A stretch of DNA of 16,207 nucleotides, from contig CAYUTF010000062.1 of NCBI GenBank assembly GCA_964447495.1, positions 3,679-19,885 on the forward strand. The letters are read 5' to 3'. Both the position numbers and the translations under genes were made by a program. The first letter of the stretch is position 1; the number at the start of each line of letters is the position of its first letter. This document shows, piece by piece, positions 15,605 through 16,207 of this stretch. This DNA is from an uncultured archaeon. Lineage in GTDB: Archaea; Asgardarchaeota; Lokiarchaeia; Sigyniarchaeales; SOKP01. The notes under the pieces were generated by a model, which saw nothing but the letters and a program-made list of their open reading frames with translations, was not told where the DNA came from and searched no databases.

Positions 15605-16207
15605 CTATTTATTTAATCTAATAATCCTTCTTAATTCTCCAATAGTAGTTTTTAATTCAGAGTAAACATTATGAGGGTGGATGGATTCATAACTCTCAAT
15701 TGTAAATTTAACTCTACAATGGTCTTCTAGATTGGGAAAATCATATAAGATGAAATTTTTAGCCATCTCCCTTACCACATCTTCAGAAAACAAAGGTTTA
15801 AGATGAGCCATTCGAACTAATCTAGCCTCATCAGGTCGTTTCAATACCGATTGCATTTTTCCAGACATAGACTCTTCTATGATATCAATTATGTCTAGTA
15901 CATCAATTTTATGATTGTTCAAATCTTTAATTTGAACAACAATCGTTCCCATAGATCTTTGATTATGGGAACTAAAGGGTAAAATATTTAAGAGTTTTTT
16001 TATATCTTCTTCTTTTAAATTGATATCTCTTCTATTTTTTATTATTTCTTCAGCATATTCTTGACTCATTTCTTTAGCACAGGGACAAACAGTCATTCCT
16101 ACGGCGCTCGCTCCGATATAATAATTAAAATCAACATCTCCTGAGTCTCCCTTTTGTGCTTTTACAAAAGAACTTATTTTATATGATTTCTGAATATTTC
16201 TTTGTTG
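15605..16207 (-). CDS. mptA: GTP cyclohydrolase MptA/FolE2 family (partial; 5' end outside the window)
   Basis: GMTVCPCA, SHNQR, LKRPDE, FSEDVVR and ESIHPH motifs. The frame is open from 16207 (QQRNIQKSYK...GASAVGMTVCPC), so the ORF-track start at 16096 is internal. Confidence 0.92.
   Translation of the reverse strand, partial: QQRNIQKSYKISSFVKAQKGDSGDVDFNYYIGASAVGMTVCPCAKEMSQEYAEEIIKNRRDINLKEEDIKKLLNILPFSSHNQRSMGTIVVQIKDLNNHKIDVLDIIDIIEESMSGKMQSVLKRPDEARLVRMAHLKPLFSEDVVREMAKNFILYDFPNLEDHCRVKFTIESYESIHPHNVYSELKTTIGELRRIIRLNK

Noticed and set aside
1-16207. CRISPR arrays, tRNA/rRNA genes, IS elements or integrases
   Set aside because: No spaced direct repeats, GC-rich structured RNA segments or transposase/integrase motifs were seen, and intergenic gaps are short and AT-rich.

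Overview
Strongly AT-rich archaeal DNA (roughly 30% GC by eye), most consistent with an Asgard archaeon of the Lokiarchaeia type. This is inferred from the archaeal AlaRS and MptA, GGTG(A)-type ribosome-binding sites, a tandem-wHTH regulator and eukaryote-like ubiquitin-system genes. The left half is housekeeping or accessory: partial alaS, a membrane Zn-ribbon protein, a PPOX-type protein, ftsZ, a small Zn-ribbon protein, and a minus-strand run of coiled-coil protein, nucleotidyltransferase, TPR protein and EndoQ. The right half (9106-15602) holds an apparently complete ubiquitin-like conjugation locus: Ubl, UBA2/UBA3-type E1, UBC E2, Rpn11/CSN5-type JAMM protease and a ~6-TM protein with a C-terminal variant RING. 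It is preceded by a second Ubl paralogue, a 2-TM membrane-anchored non-conjugatable Ubl and a divergent wHTH regulator. The free modifiers end in IPASTAG plus a short tail (single Gly, UFM1-like spacing) rather than GG. A KTP motif occurs in both Ubl N-terminal tails and at both ends of the neighbouring coiled-coil protein. The window ends in a partial, convergent mptA/folE2. All calls come from manual motif reading; no searches were run.
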